DNA from: an uncultured Actinomycetota bacterium
Lineage (GTDB): Bacteria > Actinomycetota > Humimicrobiia > Humimicrobiales > Humimicrobiaceae
Assembly (NCBI GenBank): GCA_964517765.1
Contig: CAZFEN010000005.1
Coordinates: 5,430 to 69,429, forward strand
Reading direction: 5' to 3'
Length of the DNA stretch: 64,000 bases
The position numbers and the translations under genes are program-made. This document shows, piece after piece, positions 49,832-60,641 of this stretch (its first letter is position 1; each line of letters starts with the position of its first letter). Under the pieces are notes generated by a model. It worked only from the letters and a program-made list of their open reading frames with translations. It ran no database searches and was not told where the DNA came from.

Positions 49832-51562
49832 ATGACAAATTTTCCTGCCAGATGGCAGCGCAGAAAGACCGGAAAAGCAAATAAAAAACTATCAAATAAA
49901 CTTAGCTGCAGCCAGTTCCTCATAGATATTCTTGCCAGAAGAAATATATTAAACGAATTAGAAATAATGTCTTTCCTGAACCCAACTCTTAAAAGTCTGC
50001 ATGACTGTATGATGCTTCCGGGAATCGAAAAGGGCATTAAAAGAATAAAGGAAGCAATCGCAAATAATGAAAATATTTTAATTTTTGGGGATTATGATGC
50101 AGACGGGATAATAAGTTCTGTGATCTTATATAAATTTTTAAAGGAACTGGGACTGAACACCGAAGTTTATATTCCCGATAGGTTCAATGAAGGCTATGAT
50201 CTAAATCTTGATTTCTTTAAAAAGATATTTTCTCAGGGCAAATATAATCTGATGATATGTGTGGATTGCGGTACAAATAGTCTGGAAGTTCAGAAATTCA
50301 TTCGTGGGAAAAGCGGGTTGGATGTAATAGTCTGCGATCATCACATTCAGTCCGTTGATTTAGACGTAAGACAGGAAAATTACATTATAATAAATCCCAG
50401 AATCAAAGGTTCAAACTATCCTTTTAAACATTTAAGCGGTGCAGGTGTTACCTTTAAATTTATTATAGGTATCTTGAGAGAGCTGGAAGACGCCCGCAAG
50501 AAAAAATTCAGCAGAGACTATCTGACAACTCTGCTTGATCTGGTTGCAATATCAACTATTGCTGATCTTATGCCGCTTGTTGATGAAAACAGGATAATGG
50601 TCAAGAAAGGATTGGAAGTAATTAAGAAAACAATAAATCCGGGACTTAAAAAGATGATCAATGCTGTTGTAAAGGATAAAAAGTGCATAGATGAATATGA
50701 TATAGGATATATTATAGCTCCGAGACTTAATGCAGCCGGCAGGATTAAAAATGCCAGAAGCAGTTTCGATTTATTGACTGCCGAGGGAGAGGTCCTTGAT
50801 GAATTACTGAATGATTTAAACTCATTTAATGAAGAAAGGCAGAATATTCAAAAAAATATATTCGACGAAATAATCAAGAGTAATGATTTCGATGAGATCA
50901 TAAAGGAAAAGAGAATATTTATAGAAAAATCAAAAGAATGGAACGAAGGGGTGCTCGGAATAGTAGCTTCGGATATCGTAAAAAAATTCAATATTCCTGC
51001 CATCCTGTTTAAGGAATCGGAAGGTAAACTCAAAGGTTCCGGAAGAAGTACGGATAAATTTGATTTATACGGAAACCTGGTTTCCTGCAGCAGTTTATTC
51101 GATAATTTCGGGGGTCACAGAACAGCGTGCGGTATAAGCATGGATATTTTAAGCTTCCAAACCTTTTATAATAATATGGTAGAAATTGCACAAAAAAAAA
51201 TTGATACCCGCGATATTGAAAAGAAGTTTTTCTATGACCTTGAACTGGATTTCAAGGATATAAATGACAAATTCTTAAAAGAAATCGATTTACTTAAACC
51301 CTATGGAATAAGCAATCCTCAACCTGGTTTCGTGACCGGAGATTGTGAGATAGTGAGTTTTTACTATTTAACGGAAGAAAAACATGTAAGGTTAAAACTC
51401 AAGCATGCCGGAACGATAATAGATGCTATAATGTTCAAAATAGACAAAAATATCAAAGAGAAGATAAAAACAGGAAAAAAGATCAATATTTTATATAAAG
51501 TAGAAGAGAATATATGGGATTATCGTAAAGCGATACAGCTGGTTATCCAGGACTTATTTTAG
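49832..51562 (+). CDS. recJ: Single-stranded-DNA-specific exonuclease RecJ
   Basis: DHH motifs (IFGDYDADGI, VIVCDHH), DHHA1 region (GGHRTACGIS), C-terminal OB-like domain. Confidence 0.85.
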   Translation: MTNFPARWQRRKTGKANKKLSNKLSCSQFLIDILARRNILNELEIMSFLNPTLKSLHDCMMLPGIEKGIKRIKEAIANNENILIFGDYDADGIISSVILYKFLKELGLNTEVYIPDRFNEGYDLNLDFFKKIFSQGKYNLMICVDCGTNSLEVQKFIRGKSGLDVIVCDHHIQSVDLDVRQENYIIINPRIKGSNYPFKHLSGAGVTFKFIIGILRELEDARKKKFSRDYLTTLLDLVAISTIADLMPLVDENRIMVKKGLEVIKKTINPGLKKMINAVVKDKKCIDEYDIGYIIAPRLNAAGRIKNARSSFDLLTAEGEVLDELLNDLNSFNEERQNIQKNIFDEIIKSNDFDEIIKEKRIFIEKSKEWNEGVLGIVASDIVKKFNIPAILFKESEGKLKGSGRSTDKFDLYGNLVSCSSLFDNFGGHRTACGISMDILSFQTFYNNMVEIAQKKIDTRDIEKKFFYDLELDFKDINDKFLKEIDLLKPYGISNPQPGFVTGDCEIVSFYYLTEEKHVRLKLKHAGTIIDAIMFKIDKNIKEKIKTGKKINILYKVEENIWDYRKAIQLVIQDLF

Positions 51563-51617
51563 AGAAGTTGAAAATGTTCTATAATAATATTGATTTTTTA
51601 TTAAAGAGTAAAGAAAG

Positions 51618-53828
51618 ATGAACCTGGAACTGAACAAAAAAACAAAAAAAATAAACACGGATCTTATATACAATAAGCTAATAAAAAAAATAAAATCATA
51701 TAATCCGGGTGTAGATGAGCAGCTGGTCCAAAAAGCTTACCAGACTTCGAAAAAATACCATCAAAATCAATACAGAAAATCAGGGGGACCATTTATTGTC
51801 CACCCTCTGGAGGTGGCAGGAATTCTGGCAGGCCTTGAACTGGATCAGGTATCTATAATATCGGCTATTTTGCATGATGTAATAGAGGATACGGACTATA
51901 GCCTGGAAGCAGCTAAAAAAGATTTCGGACCAAAAATTGCCAATATTATAGACGGCGTCACGAAATTGGATAAAATAGTTTTTACCAGTAAAGAGCAGCA
52001 GCAGGTAAACAATATAAGAAAAATGATAATCGCAATGTCGGAAGATGTGAGAATAATACTGGTAAAACTTGGTGACAGGCTTCATAATATGCGGACCTTA
52101 TTTCCGCTGGATGAAGAAAAAAGACGTATTATTTCTACTGAAACTCTCGAGGTTTATGCACCTATTGCACACAGACTGGGGATTTATCAGATAAAATCGG
52201 AATTGGAAGATTTAAGTTTCAAATACCTTTATCCCAAAGAGTACGAGAAAATAAAAAATATGATTGACGAGAAACTTGAAGAAAGGAAATCGTTAATTGA
52301 TGAAGCAGTAAAAATAATAAGCAAGAAATTAAAAGAAGTAAAAATTTCCGCTGATATTAGCGGCAGGATTAAAACTTATTACAGTGTTTATAATAAAATC
52401 ATCAAACAAAACAGAAAATTTGAAGATATTTATGACATAATTGCAATAAGGATAATAGTAAATGATATAAAAAGCTGTTATGCAGTCCTTGGAATAATAC
52501 ATTCTTTATGGAAGCCCGTACCGGGAAGGTTCAGGGATTTCATAGCCAATCCCAAATTCAATATGTATCAATCTCTCCATACAACGGTTATCGGGGTAAA
52601 AGGCAAACCTGTTGAAATACAGATAAGAACATATGAAATGCATAAATTTGCAGAGTATGGTATTGCGGCACATTATAAATATAAAGAAGGCGGTTTTAAA
52701 AAACTCAGCGAATTCGATAAAAGAGTGGCATGGATAAGGCAGATACTCGACTGGCAGAAAGAGCTAAAGGATCCGCAGGAATATATGGAATCATTGAAGC
52801 TGGACCTGTTCGAGGAAGAAGTATTTGTATTTACTCCAAAAGGAAAAGTTTTAAATCTGCCCAGAGGAGCCACTACTATTGATTTTGCCTATCAAATACA
52901 TACCGATGTGGGGCATAACATAATAGGTTCAAAAATAAACGGAATCATGGCTCCTATAGAGACCGTTCTGGAAAATGGCGATATTGTTGAAATAATAGTA
53001 TCCAAAACCCATAAAGGTCCAAGCAGAGATTGGCTTAATGTAGTTAAAACATCAAGTGCGCGCAACAAGATAAAGCAATGGTTCAGTAAAGAGCAGAGAC
53101 AGGAAACATATAACATCGGCAGGGACATAATGTTAAAAGTCTTGAGGAAAAACGGCCTTTCTTTTAAAAGTGTACCCGCAGAAGTATTTGATGAAGTGAC
53201 AAAGGATATGAATTTAGGAAAAACAGAAGCTCTTTTCAGGAATATCGGATCCCACAAAATATCCGCCCACCAGGTCTTTACAAAAATAATAAAGAAATTA
53301 AGCCAGCAAGAACCTGAAAAAGAGTTGACCATTGAAGATATACACAGAAAAGAAGTCGAAAAGAAAGAAAGCAGTGGTATTAAGGTAAAAGGCATGGATG
53401 ATGTACTGGTGACTATTGCAAGGTGCTGCAATCCGGTTCCGGGAGATAGTATAGTGGGTTATATCACAAGAGGTAAAGGAATATCCGTTCACAGGATCGA
53501 TTGCACCAACGTAAATGCTTCGATGAGTTCCGAAAAACAAAGATTTATAGATGTTTACTGGGACAAAAAAGCTCCCTATAAATTTAATACTGAAATACAG
53601 ATAGATGCTCTTGACAGGACAAAACTGCTAAGGGATATTACAAATATAATAAGCGAATATGATCTGAATATAGTATGGGCAAATTCTTTGAGAACGGATA
53701 AAAGCGGTCATATTAAATTCAGGTTTTTGATAGAGATTAGCAATAAATATATTCTAAAAGATGTCATTAACAATATAAAACAAATAGACTCGGTTTATGA
53801 TGCTTACAGAATATTACCCAGAAAGTAG
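51618..53828 (+). CDS. rel: Bifunctional (p)ppGpp synthetase/hydrolase Rel/SpoT
   Basis: HD domain (HDVIEDT), synthetase domain, TGS and ACT domains; 736 aa. Confidence 0.9.
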   Translation: MNLELNKKTKKINTDLIYNKLIKKIKSYNPGVDEQLVQKAYQTSKKYHQNQYRKSGGPFIVHPLEVAGILAGLELDQVSIISAILHDVIEDTDYSLEAAKKDFGPKIANIIDGVTKLDKIVFTSKEQQQVNNIRKMIIAMSEDVRIILVKLGDRLHNMRTLFPLDEEKRRIISTETLEVYAPIAHRLGIYQIKSELEDLSFKYLYPKEYEKIKNMIDEKLEERKSLIDEAVKIISKKLKEVKISADISGRIKTYYSVYNKIIKQNRKFEDIYDIIAIRIIVNDIKSCYAVLGIIHSLWKPVPGRFRDFIANPKFNMYQSLHTTVIGVKGKPVEIQIRTYEMHKFAEYGIAAHYKYKEGGFKKLSEFDKRVAWIRQILDWQKELKDPQEYMESLKLDLFEEEVFVFTPKGKVLNLPRGATTIDFAYQIHTDVGHNIIGSKINGIMAPIETVLENGDIVEIIVSKTHKGPSRDWLNVVKTSSARNKIKQWFSKEQRQETYNIGRDIMLKVLRKNGLSFKSVPAEVFDEVTKDMNLGKTEALFRNIGSHKISAHQVFTKIIKKLSQQEPEKELTIEDIHRKEVEKKESSGIKVKGMDDVLVTIARCCNPVPGDSIVGYITRGKGISVHRIDCTNVNASMSSEKQRFIDVYWDKKAPYKFNTEIQIDALDRTKLLRDITNIISEYDLNIVWANSLRTDKSGHIKFRFLIEISNKYILKDVINNIKQIDSVYDAYRILPRK

Positions 53829-53834
53829 ACCGTA

Positions 53835-54500
53835 TTGAATATAAAAAGATTAGAATTAGGATTCTTTAAAGTCAATTGTTATATATTGTCTATGGAAAAT
53901 GTGAATATAATAATAGACCCGGGTGCCGATTTTAATATCATTAAAAGAAGTATTGAAGAGAACTGTATAAAACCAGACTTCATATTAAATACACACGGGC
54001 ACTATGATCATATAGGTGCTGTTGAAGATATAACCTCAAATTATAAAATTCCGTTTTATATTCATGAATTTGAGGAACCGATCATCACTGATCCGGATAA
54101 GAATATTTCTTCATTTTTCGGAAAAAATGAATTATCATTAAAAACTTATGATTTAATAAAAAATACTGATTATAATTTTTTTACCGATCTCGGTATTGAT
54201 ATCATAAATGTTCCGGGCCATACTCCCGGTAGTATAATAATTAAAACAGGTAATTTTCTTTTTACCGGTGATTTGCTTTTTAAAGGCACTATCGGACGTA
54301 CCGATTTGCCGGGAGGAAATTTGAAGGAAATAAAAAGATCACTGGTAAGAATAAAGAAGATGGATGAGAAATCAATTATATATCCGGGTCATGGTGAGGT
54401 CACCAGTCTCGAATATGAGTTGAAATCAAATTATTATTTAGGGGATCATTTTTTAACAGAAGACAGTCAGAAAGAAACAGGTGATTTATTTTGGATATAA
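53835..54500 (+). CDS. MBL-fold metallo-hydrolase (glyoxalase II/YqgX-like)
   Basis: HGHYDH (HxHxDH) plus downstream His/Asp ligands (PGHTPGS, GDLLFKG); 221 aa. Confidence 0.8.
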   Translation: MNIKRLELGFFKVNCYILSMENVNIIIDPGADFNIIKRSIEENCIKPDFILNTHGHYDHIGAVEDITSNYKIPFYIHEFEEPIITDPDKNISSFFGKNELSLKTYDLIKNTDYNFFTDLGIDIINVPGHTPGSIIIKTGNFLFTGDLLFKGTIGRTDLPGGNLKEIKRSLVRIKKMDEKSIIYPGHGEVTSLEYELKSNYYLGDHFLTEDSQKETGDLFWI

Positions 54501-55762
54501 GTTCTCCGAGGGGTACGATAGATATTTATGGTGAAGATATAGATTATAGAAATTATATTATAAATACCGCACGAGAAATTTTCAAAATATTCAGTTTTGC
54601 GGAGATAATAACTCCTGCATTTGAATATACTCAGGTTTTCAGCAGAAGTATAGGTGAAAACACCGATATAGTGCAAAAGCAAATGTATACCTTTACTGAC
54701 AAGAAAGGAAGGTCGTTGACTCTTCGGCCGGAAGGCACAGCTTCAATCGTAAGGGCTATTTTAGAAAATAAAATGTACTCCGAAAAACTGCCGCTCAAGC
54801 TTTTCTATATCGGTAATATGTTCAGATATGAAAAGCCCCAAAAAGGAAGGATGAGGGAGTTCTGGCAACTTGGAATAGAATCAATAGGCTCTGATAATCC
54901 GATTATAGATGCCGAAACTATCTGGATCCTGAATTTATTTTTTGAAAAACTTGGATTCAAAAAGTTGATACTCAAAATAAATAACATCGGTTGCGGTGAG
55001 TGCCGTAAGAAATTTCTGGAAGAATTTAAAAAATATTTGAAACCTGAAATCGAAAAGCTATGTAGTGATTGCCGCAAAAGATTTAAAGAGAATCCTTTAA
55101 GGATTTTTGATTGCAAAAAAACAAACTGCAGAGAAGTATTGACAGGATCACCGAATATATACAATTACTTATGTTCCGAATGTAAGAAAAAATTCGAAGA
55201 AATTTTAATATGTTTAAAAAGCCTTGATATAAAGTATAAGATCGATAAAAGCCTGGTAAGGGGTTTCGATTATTACACAGGGACAATATTTGAGATAATA
55301 TCGGAAAATCTGGAGAGTGCGCAGAATGCTCTGGGAGGCGGAGGAAGATATGATAACCTTATAAGTGAACTGGGTGGTCCGGATATTCCGGCTACAGGAT
55401 TTGCTGTCGGAATTGACAGGACGATCATACTCATGAAGCAGTTAAATATCGACCTTAAGAAATCCGATAGAAAATCCAGAGTCTATATTATTGCAATGGA
55501 CAGAAATTCTCAGATTTATTCTACTCGTATCCTGAAATATCTCAGGGAAAAAGAAGTAGTCTGTGATATAAACTTTAATATCAGGAATTTGAAAAAAGAG
55601 ATAAAGTGGGCAAGAGATAATAATTATAATTTCATTATTATAGTTGGCGAAGATGAAATCAAAACCGGAAATCTTACAATTAAAGATATTAATAAATTCA
55701 AACAATATAAAGTTGACTGGAAAAACAAAAAAGAAAAAATCATAGAAATCATAGGAGCGTAA
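54491..55762 (+). CDS. hisS: Histidine--tRNA ligase
   Basis: Class II motifs (ITPAFEYTQVF; LRPEGTASIVRA; GGGRYD) and an anticodon-binding domain. TTG start overlaps the stop of the upstream gene. Confidence 0.9.
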   Translation: MDISSPRGTIDIYGEDIDYRNYIINTAREIFKIFSFAEIITPAFEYTQVFSRSIGENTDIVQKQMYTFTDKKGRSLTLRPEGTASIVRAILENKMYSEKLPLKLFYIGNMFRYEKPQKGRMREFWQLGIESIGSDNPIIDAETIWILNLFFEKLGFKKLILKINNIGCGECRKKFLEEFKKYLKPEIEKLCSDCRKRFKENPLRIFDCKKTNCREVLTGSPNIYNYLCSECKKKFEEILICLKSLDIKYKIDKSLVRGFDYYTGTIFEIISENLESAQNALGGGGRYDNLISELGGPDIPATGFAVGIDRTIILMKQLNIDLKKSDRKSRVYIIAMDRNSQIYSTRILKYLREKEVVCDINFNIRNLKKEIKWARDNNYNFIIIVGEDEIKTGNLTIKDINKFKQYKVDWKNKKEKIIEIIGA

Positions 55763-55766
55763 AGTC

Positions 55767-57563
55767 ATGGCTGATTCTGTTTTTAAGACCGCGATGAGGA
55801 CTAATTTATGCGGAGAGATAAATAAAAATTTTAAAGACAAAGAAGTCACCCTGGCGGGCTGGGCCAATAAAAGGAGAGATCATGGTAAGTTGATTTTTTT
55901 GGATCTAAGAGATTTCTCCGGTATCGTCCAGCTGATTTTTAGTCCTGATGAATACAAGAATTCTTATGATATAGCCAGAGATATACGTAGTGAATATGTT
56001 ATCAGGGTAAGCGGAAAGGTCAGGATGAGGTCGAAAGAAACTATTAACCCTTCCATTCCAACAGGTGAAATAGAAATTGTGGTAAAAAACATTAAAATAC
56101 TGAGCATTTCAAAAACACCTCCTTTTATGCTTGAAGATAGAAATAAAGTCGATGAGAACACAAGACTGAAATACAGATATATCGATTTAAGAACTCCGGA
56201 AATGCAAAGAAATATAAGGTTAAGGCATGCCCTAACCGTAGCAGCAAGGAAATATTTTAATTCCAAAGGTTTTATCGAAATAGAGACACCCATAATGGCA
56301 AAGAGCACTCCGGAGGGCGCCAGGGATTTTCTTGTACCTTCGAGAATGAATCCGGGTAAATTTTATGCTCTTCCGCAATCGCCGCAGCTTTTTAAACAGA
56401 TTTTAATGTTCTCGGGATTCGACAGATGTTATCAGATTGCAAGATGTTTCAGGGACGAAGACCTTAGAGCGGACAGACAGCCGGAATTTACGCAAATAGA
56501 TCTCGAAATGACTTTTGTGGAAATGGAAGACGTAATGAATATAATAGAAAATTTGTTTTCTAACATTTTTAAAGAAGTACTGGGTAAGAAAATTGAGTTG
56601 CCATTAAAAAGAATCAAATGGAAAGATAGTATGGAAAGTTATGGTACCGATAAACCTGATTTAAGATTCGGTCTCATTATAAAAGATATATCGGATTTAT
56701 TTAGAAAAAGTGAAATCAGGATTTTCAAGGATACTTTAAAAAACAAAGGATGTGTAAAATGTATTGTTGTTGGCAATTCGTCTTTTTTTACCAGAAAAGA
56801 ACTGGATGACCTTGTAGATATGGCAAAGAAATGCGGTGCAGGTGGACTTGTATGGATAAAAATCGATGAAAAAATGAATTTTCAATCTCCGATCTCTAAA
56901 CTTTTGTCAGATGCAGAAAAAGAAGCTTTGATTAAAACCCTGAGTCTTAAAGAAAATAACCTGCTGCTTATAGTTGCAGATGAATTTTTGACTGTATGCC
57001 AGACTCTTGGAACTATTAGAAAGATTCTTGCAGCCAGGCTGGAATTGATAGATGAAAATGAGTTCAATTTTGTATGGGTGTATGATTTTCCTTTATTTGA
57101 ATGGGATAAAAACGAAAAAAAGATATCACCAATGCACCATCCTTTTACAAAACCTGATGAAAACACTATAAATTTACTGGACAGTGAACCTCTTAAGGTT
57201 AAATCCAAAGCTTACGATATAATATTGAACGGAATAGAGTTAGGAGGCGGTTCGATAAGGATAAACGATGTCAATTTACAAAAAAAGATATTTAAAATAC
57301 TGAGTATAGATGAAAAAAGAATCAGAGAAAATTTCGGATTTCTTACCAGAGCAATGGAGTACGGTACCCCTCCGCACGGCGGTATAGCACTGGGAATGGA
57401 TCGATTAATAATGCTGATTGGGAAACTGGACAGCATAAGAGATGTGATAGCTTTTCCAAAAACACAATCCGCAGTATGTATGCTTACCGGTTCGCCTTCA
57501 AATGTAACGGAAGAACAATTAAAAGAAGTCTCAATTAAAATAATTGAAGAGGAAAGTAAATAA
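55767..57563 (+). CDS. aspS: Aspartate--tRNA ligase
   Basis: N-terminal OB fold, class II core (QSPQLFKQ, FRDEDLRADRQPEFTQID), GAD insertion, C-terminal GLGMDRL. Confidence 0.9.
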   Translation: MADSVFKTAMRTNLCGEINKNFKDKEVTLAGWANKRRDHGKLIFLDLRDFSGIVQLIFSPDEYKNSYDIARDIRSEYVIRVSGKVRMRSKETINPSIPTGEIEIVVKNIKILSISKTPPFMLEDRNKVDENTRLKYRYIDLRTPEMQRNIRLRHALTVAARKYFNSKGFIEIETPIMAKSTPEGARDFLVPSRMNPGKFYALPQSPQLFKQILMFSGFDRCYQIARCFRDEDLRADRQPEFTQIDLEMTFVEMEDVMNIIENLFSNIFKEVLGKKIELPLKRIKWKDSMESYGTDKPDLRFGLIIKDISDLFRKSEIRIFKDTLKNKGCVKCIVVGNSSFFTRKELDDLVDMAKKCGAGGLVWIKIDEKMNFQSPISKLLSDAEKEALIKTLSLKENNLLLIVADEFLTVCQTLGTIRKILAARLELIDENEFNFVWVYDFPLFEWDKNEKKISPMHHPFTKPDENTINLLDSEPLKVKSKAYDIILNGIELGGGSIRINDVNLQKKIFKILSIDEKRIRENFGFLTRAMEYGTPPHGGIALGMDRLIMLIGKLDSIRDVIAFPKTQSAVCMLTGSPSNVTEEQLKEVSIKIIEEESK

Positions 57564-57938
57564 TCATTTTAAGCAGTCTATTATTAAATGTTTTATTAAC
57601 AGGAAAACCTGCTTTTAATTTTTACCGGTAGTGAATTCGCTGGCTGCTGGCTGAAATTTGGTAAAATCCGGCTTTATTGAATAAACTATTCAATTATGAT
57701 AACATCACTATCGGGTACTCTATTTATATCGTAATTAAAGTTAAATTTTTGTGCCAACAAAGTTACATTGGAAGCTTAAACTCTGACTGTAGCATAAATG
57801 CCCATATTTCATTAGTGGGACTTATAAAGCAGACAGGAGAGCATCCACCTGCTGAGAGCAGGGCGCAAAAAACTTCCTCTAGTTACGACTAAATTGAGTA
57901 TCCATTTTATTATCGAAAATCAATCTATAATTAATTAT
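57564..57938 (+). promoter_or_regulatory. Long (~375 nt) 5' leader upstream of alaS with several stem-loops (e.g. TTTTACC...GGTAAAA 57627-57673; CCTGCT-gag-AGCAGG 57848-57862). Candidate regulatory RNA, possibly T-box-like
   Basis: Unusually long non-coding gap before a tRNA-synthetase gene. Helices seen by eye. No confident T-box consensus could be verified. Confidence 0.3.
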
Positions 57939-60641
57939 ATGGACATAAGAAAAGTATTTCTGGATTATTTTAAAAAACACGATCACCTGATACTTCCCTC
58001 ATCAGGTCTTATACCGCAGGATGACCCAAGTGTACTTTTGACAACTGCTGGAATGCAGCAATTCAGGCCGTATTATCTGGGAATTAAAAAACCTCCGGCA
58101 AAGAGAATTGCTACGGTACAAAAATGTTTCAGAACAAGTGATATCGATGAGGTAGGTTATACTGATAAGCATCTTACATTTTTTGAGATGCTGGGGAATT
58201 TTTCATTCGGGGATTATTTTAAAAAAGAAGCGATAGAATATGCCCTGGACTTCCTTGTAAATACTCTTAAAATTTCCATAAAAAATTTAACTGTGGCAGT
58301 ATTTGAAGGAGACGATTATATACCGGCGGACCTGGAATCCATAGAATACTGGAAAGAAAACGGAATAAGCCCTGCTAAAATATATAAGTTTGGTAAGGAA
58401 GAAAATTTCTGGGGTCCTGCAGGGGAAACAGGTCCCTGTGGTCCCTGCTCCGAAATATATTATGATTTTGGGAAAGAACGTGGATGCGGTAAAAAAGATT
58501 GCAATCCTAATTGTGACTGCGGCAGATTTCTTGAAATATGGAACCTGGTTTTTACACAGTATAATTTCAATGGAGAAAAGTATGATGAATTACCTCAAAA
58601 GAATATAGATACCGGTATGGGTCTTGAGCGGATAATGGCGGTTCTTAAAGGGATACCTTCGGTATTTAAGACATCTTTATTTGAAAAGATAATAAAAGAA
58701 ATAGAAAAAATATCAGGAAAAGAAAATTATTTTAACCGGAGCGAAAATTATGATGCAGCATTTAATAAGAGTGCAAAGATAATAGCAGATCACACAAGAG
58801 CTATTTATTTTTTGATTTCCGATGGAGTGACACCTTCCAATATGGGGAGAGGTTACATTTTAAGAAGAATAGTCAGGAGAGCAATAAGATTTGGCAGATC
58901 AATAGGAATCGAAAATTATTTTTTAAATGATATTGGGCAACTGGTAATAAGAGAATATTCAAAAACATATCCCGAACTACTTAGAAAGAAAGATTTTGCA
59001 TTTAAATTGGTAAGGGATGAAGAAAAGAGATTTACGGAAACGTTAAAGGACGGAAGTAAGGTTCTTGCCGGTAAAATCAGTAATATCAAAAAGAATAAAG
59101 AAAAATATCTTGATCCGGAGGATGCTTTCAGACTTTATGACACGTATGGTTTTCCTGTCGAGTTGACTGTTGAAATATTGGATGAAAATGACTTAAAGCT
59201 GGATATAGAAAAGTTTTATTATTATTTGAAGAAACACACCGATAAATCAAGGGAAAGAGTCTCCTTCGATAAAAAAATAGATAAAAATCTGGAATTGTAT
59301 AACAGGATAAATAAAAATATTGATGTAACATTTGTCGGGTATCAAAAGAATGTATTGAAGACAACAATTGAGAATATCATAAAAGTCGGTGATTCAGGTA
59401 AAAGAGAACTGGTATCCGGATTATCCGAAGGAGAAAAGGGTGAATTGATTCTAAGGGAAACTCCGTTTTACGGTGAAAAAGGCGGTCAGATAGGAGATAG
59501 GGGTATCATTAAAAAAGGAGATAACCTATTTATGGTCGAAGACAGCAAGATCCCGGTTGAAGGCATTTATACTCATAAAGGGCTTTTAAAGAAAGGCCAA
59601 CTAAAAGCAGGTGATGAGATAAATGCCGAAGTCGACCATATTTATAGAAAAAATATAAGCAGAAACCATACCGCGACTCATCTTCTTCACTGGGCTCTGA
59701 GGAATGTATTTGGCAGTGAAGTAAAGCAAGCCGGTTCTTTTGTGGGGGAGGACAGATTCAGATTTGATTATTCTATTTATAACGCACCGGCTAAAGAAAA
59801 TCTTAAAAAAGTAGAAAGAATGGTGAATGAGAAAATTCAGGCCAATGATACGGTTCGCTGCTTTGAGACCACAAGAGAATTTGCGGAGGAAATAGGGGCA
59901 ATGTCTTTATTCGGTGAGAAATATGGTAAATTCGTGAGAGTGGTAGAGATAAATAATTACAGCAGGGAATTGTGCGGCGGTGTCCATGTTACGAGAACGG
60001 GGGATATAGGCATATTTAAAATTACCTCAGAAACCAGCATTGGAGCCAACTTAAGAAGAATAGAAGCAGTAACCGGTATGTATGCATATAATTATCTGGA
60101 AGAAAAGGAAGATATATTACGTAAGGTTTCTACGAGCCTTGAAGTGGAAGATAATAAGGTGCCGGATACAGTGAAAGATGTTAAAAATAATTTAGAGAAA
60201 AAAGAAGAAGAACTCCTGACGCTGAAGGTTAAAATTGCAAAAAAAGAAATTATGGATAAATCCGGTTACGATTCTTCGACAGCGGGATTAAAAATAATTG
60301 ACTTTGATTTTTCGAAATATGAAGTAACATCTGGCATGGAAATCAATAAAATGGGTATAGTAGGCGATGAGATTAAGGATTATTTCAAAGGAATAAATAC
60401 TTTTATTGTTTTTGGAAATATCTTAAATAATAAGCCTGTTATGATCCTGCAGGCAACAGGAGATCTGGTGAAAAAAGGTATAGATTGCGGTAAAATTGCC
60501 GTAGAAGTCAGCCGAAAATTAAAAGGCGGAGGCGGAGGCAAACCCGGATTTGCCCGGATAGGTGGTTCGGATGCCCGTTCTCTGGACAGTGCGATAGATA
60601 TTGTAAAGTCCAGGGTGTTGGACATCTTAAGAAAAGAATAA
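57939..60641 (+). CDS. alaS: Alanine--tRNA ligase
   Basis: MDIRKVFLDYF...TTAGMQQF N-terminus, class II core, editing domain HxxxH (HTATHLLH), C-terminal DHHA1-like. The ORF-track TTG 57894 is an alternative start. Confidence 0.9.
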   Translation: MDIRKVFLDYFKKHDHLILPSSGLIPQDDPSVLLTTAGMQQFRPYYLGIKKPPAKRIATVQKCFRTSDIDEVGYTDKHLTFFEMLGNFSFGDYFKKEAIEYALDFLVNTLKISIKNLTVAVFEGDDYIPADLESIEYWKENGISPAKIYKFGKEENFWGPAGETGPCGPCSEIYYDFGKERGCGKKDCNPNCDCGRFLEIWNLVFTQYNFNGEKYDELPQKNIDTGMGLERIMAVLKGIPSVFKTSLFEKIIKEIEKISGKENYFNRSENYDAAFNKSAKIIADHTRAIYFLISDGVTPSNMGRGYILRRIVRRAIRFGRSIGIENYFLNDIGQLVIREYSKTYPELLRKKDFAFKLVRDEEKRFTETLKDGSKVLAGKISNIKKNKEKYLDPEDAFRLYDTYGFPVELTVEILDENDLKLDIEKFYYYLKKHTDKSRERVSFDKKIDKNLELYNRINKNIDVTFVGYQKNVLKTTIENIIKVGDSGKRELVSGLSEGEKGELILRETPFYGEKGGQIGDRGIIKKGDNLFMVEDSKIPVEGIYTHKGLLKKGQLKAGDEINAEVDHIYRKNISRNHTATHLLHWALRNVFGSEVKQAGSFVGEDRFRFDYSIYNAPAKENLKKVERMVNEKIQANDTVRCFETTREFAEEIGAMSLFGEKYGKFVRVVEINNYSRELCGGVHVTRTGDIGIFKITSETSIGANLRRIEAVTGMYAYNYLEEKEDILRKVSTSLEVEDNKVPDTVKDVKNNLEKKEEELLTLKVKIAKKEIMDKSGYDSSTAGLKIIDFDFSKYEVTSGMEINKMGIVGDEIKDYFKGINTFIVFGNILNNKPVMILQATGDLVKKGIDCGKIAVEVSRKLKGGGGGKPGFARIGGSDARSLDSAIDIVKSRVLDILRKE

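Noticed and set aside
57677-57892. 71-aa plus-strand ORF in the aspS-alaS gap
   Set aside because: No SD and odd composition. The region is better explained as a structured leader RNA for alaS.
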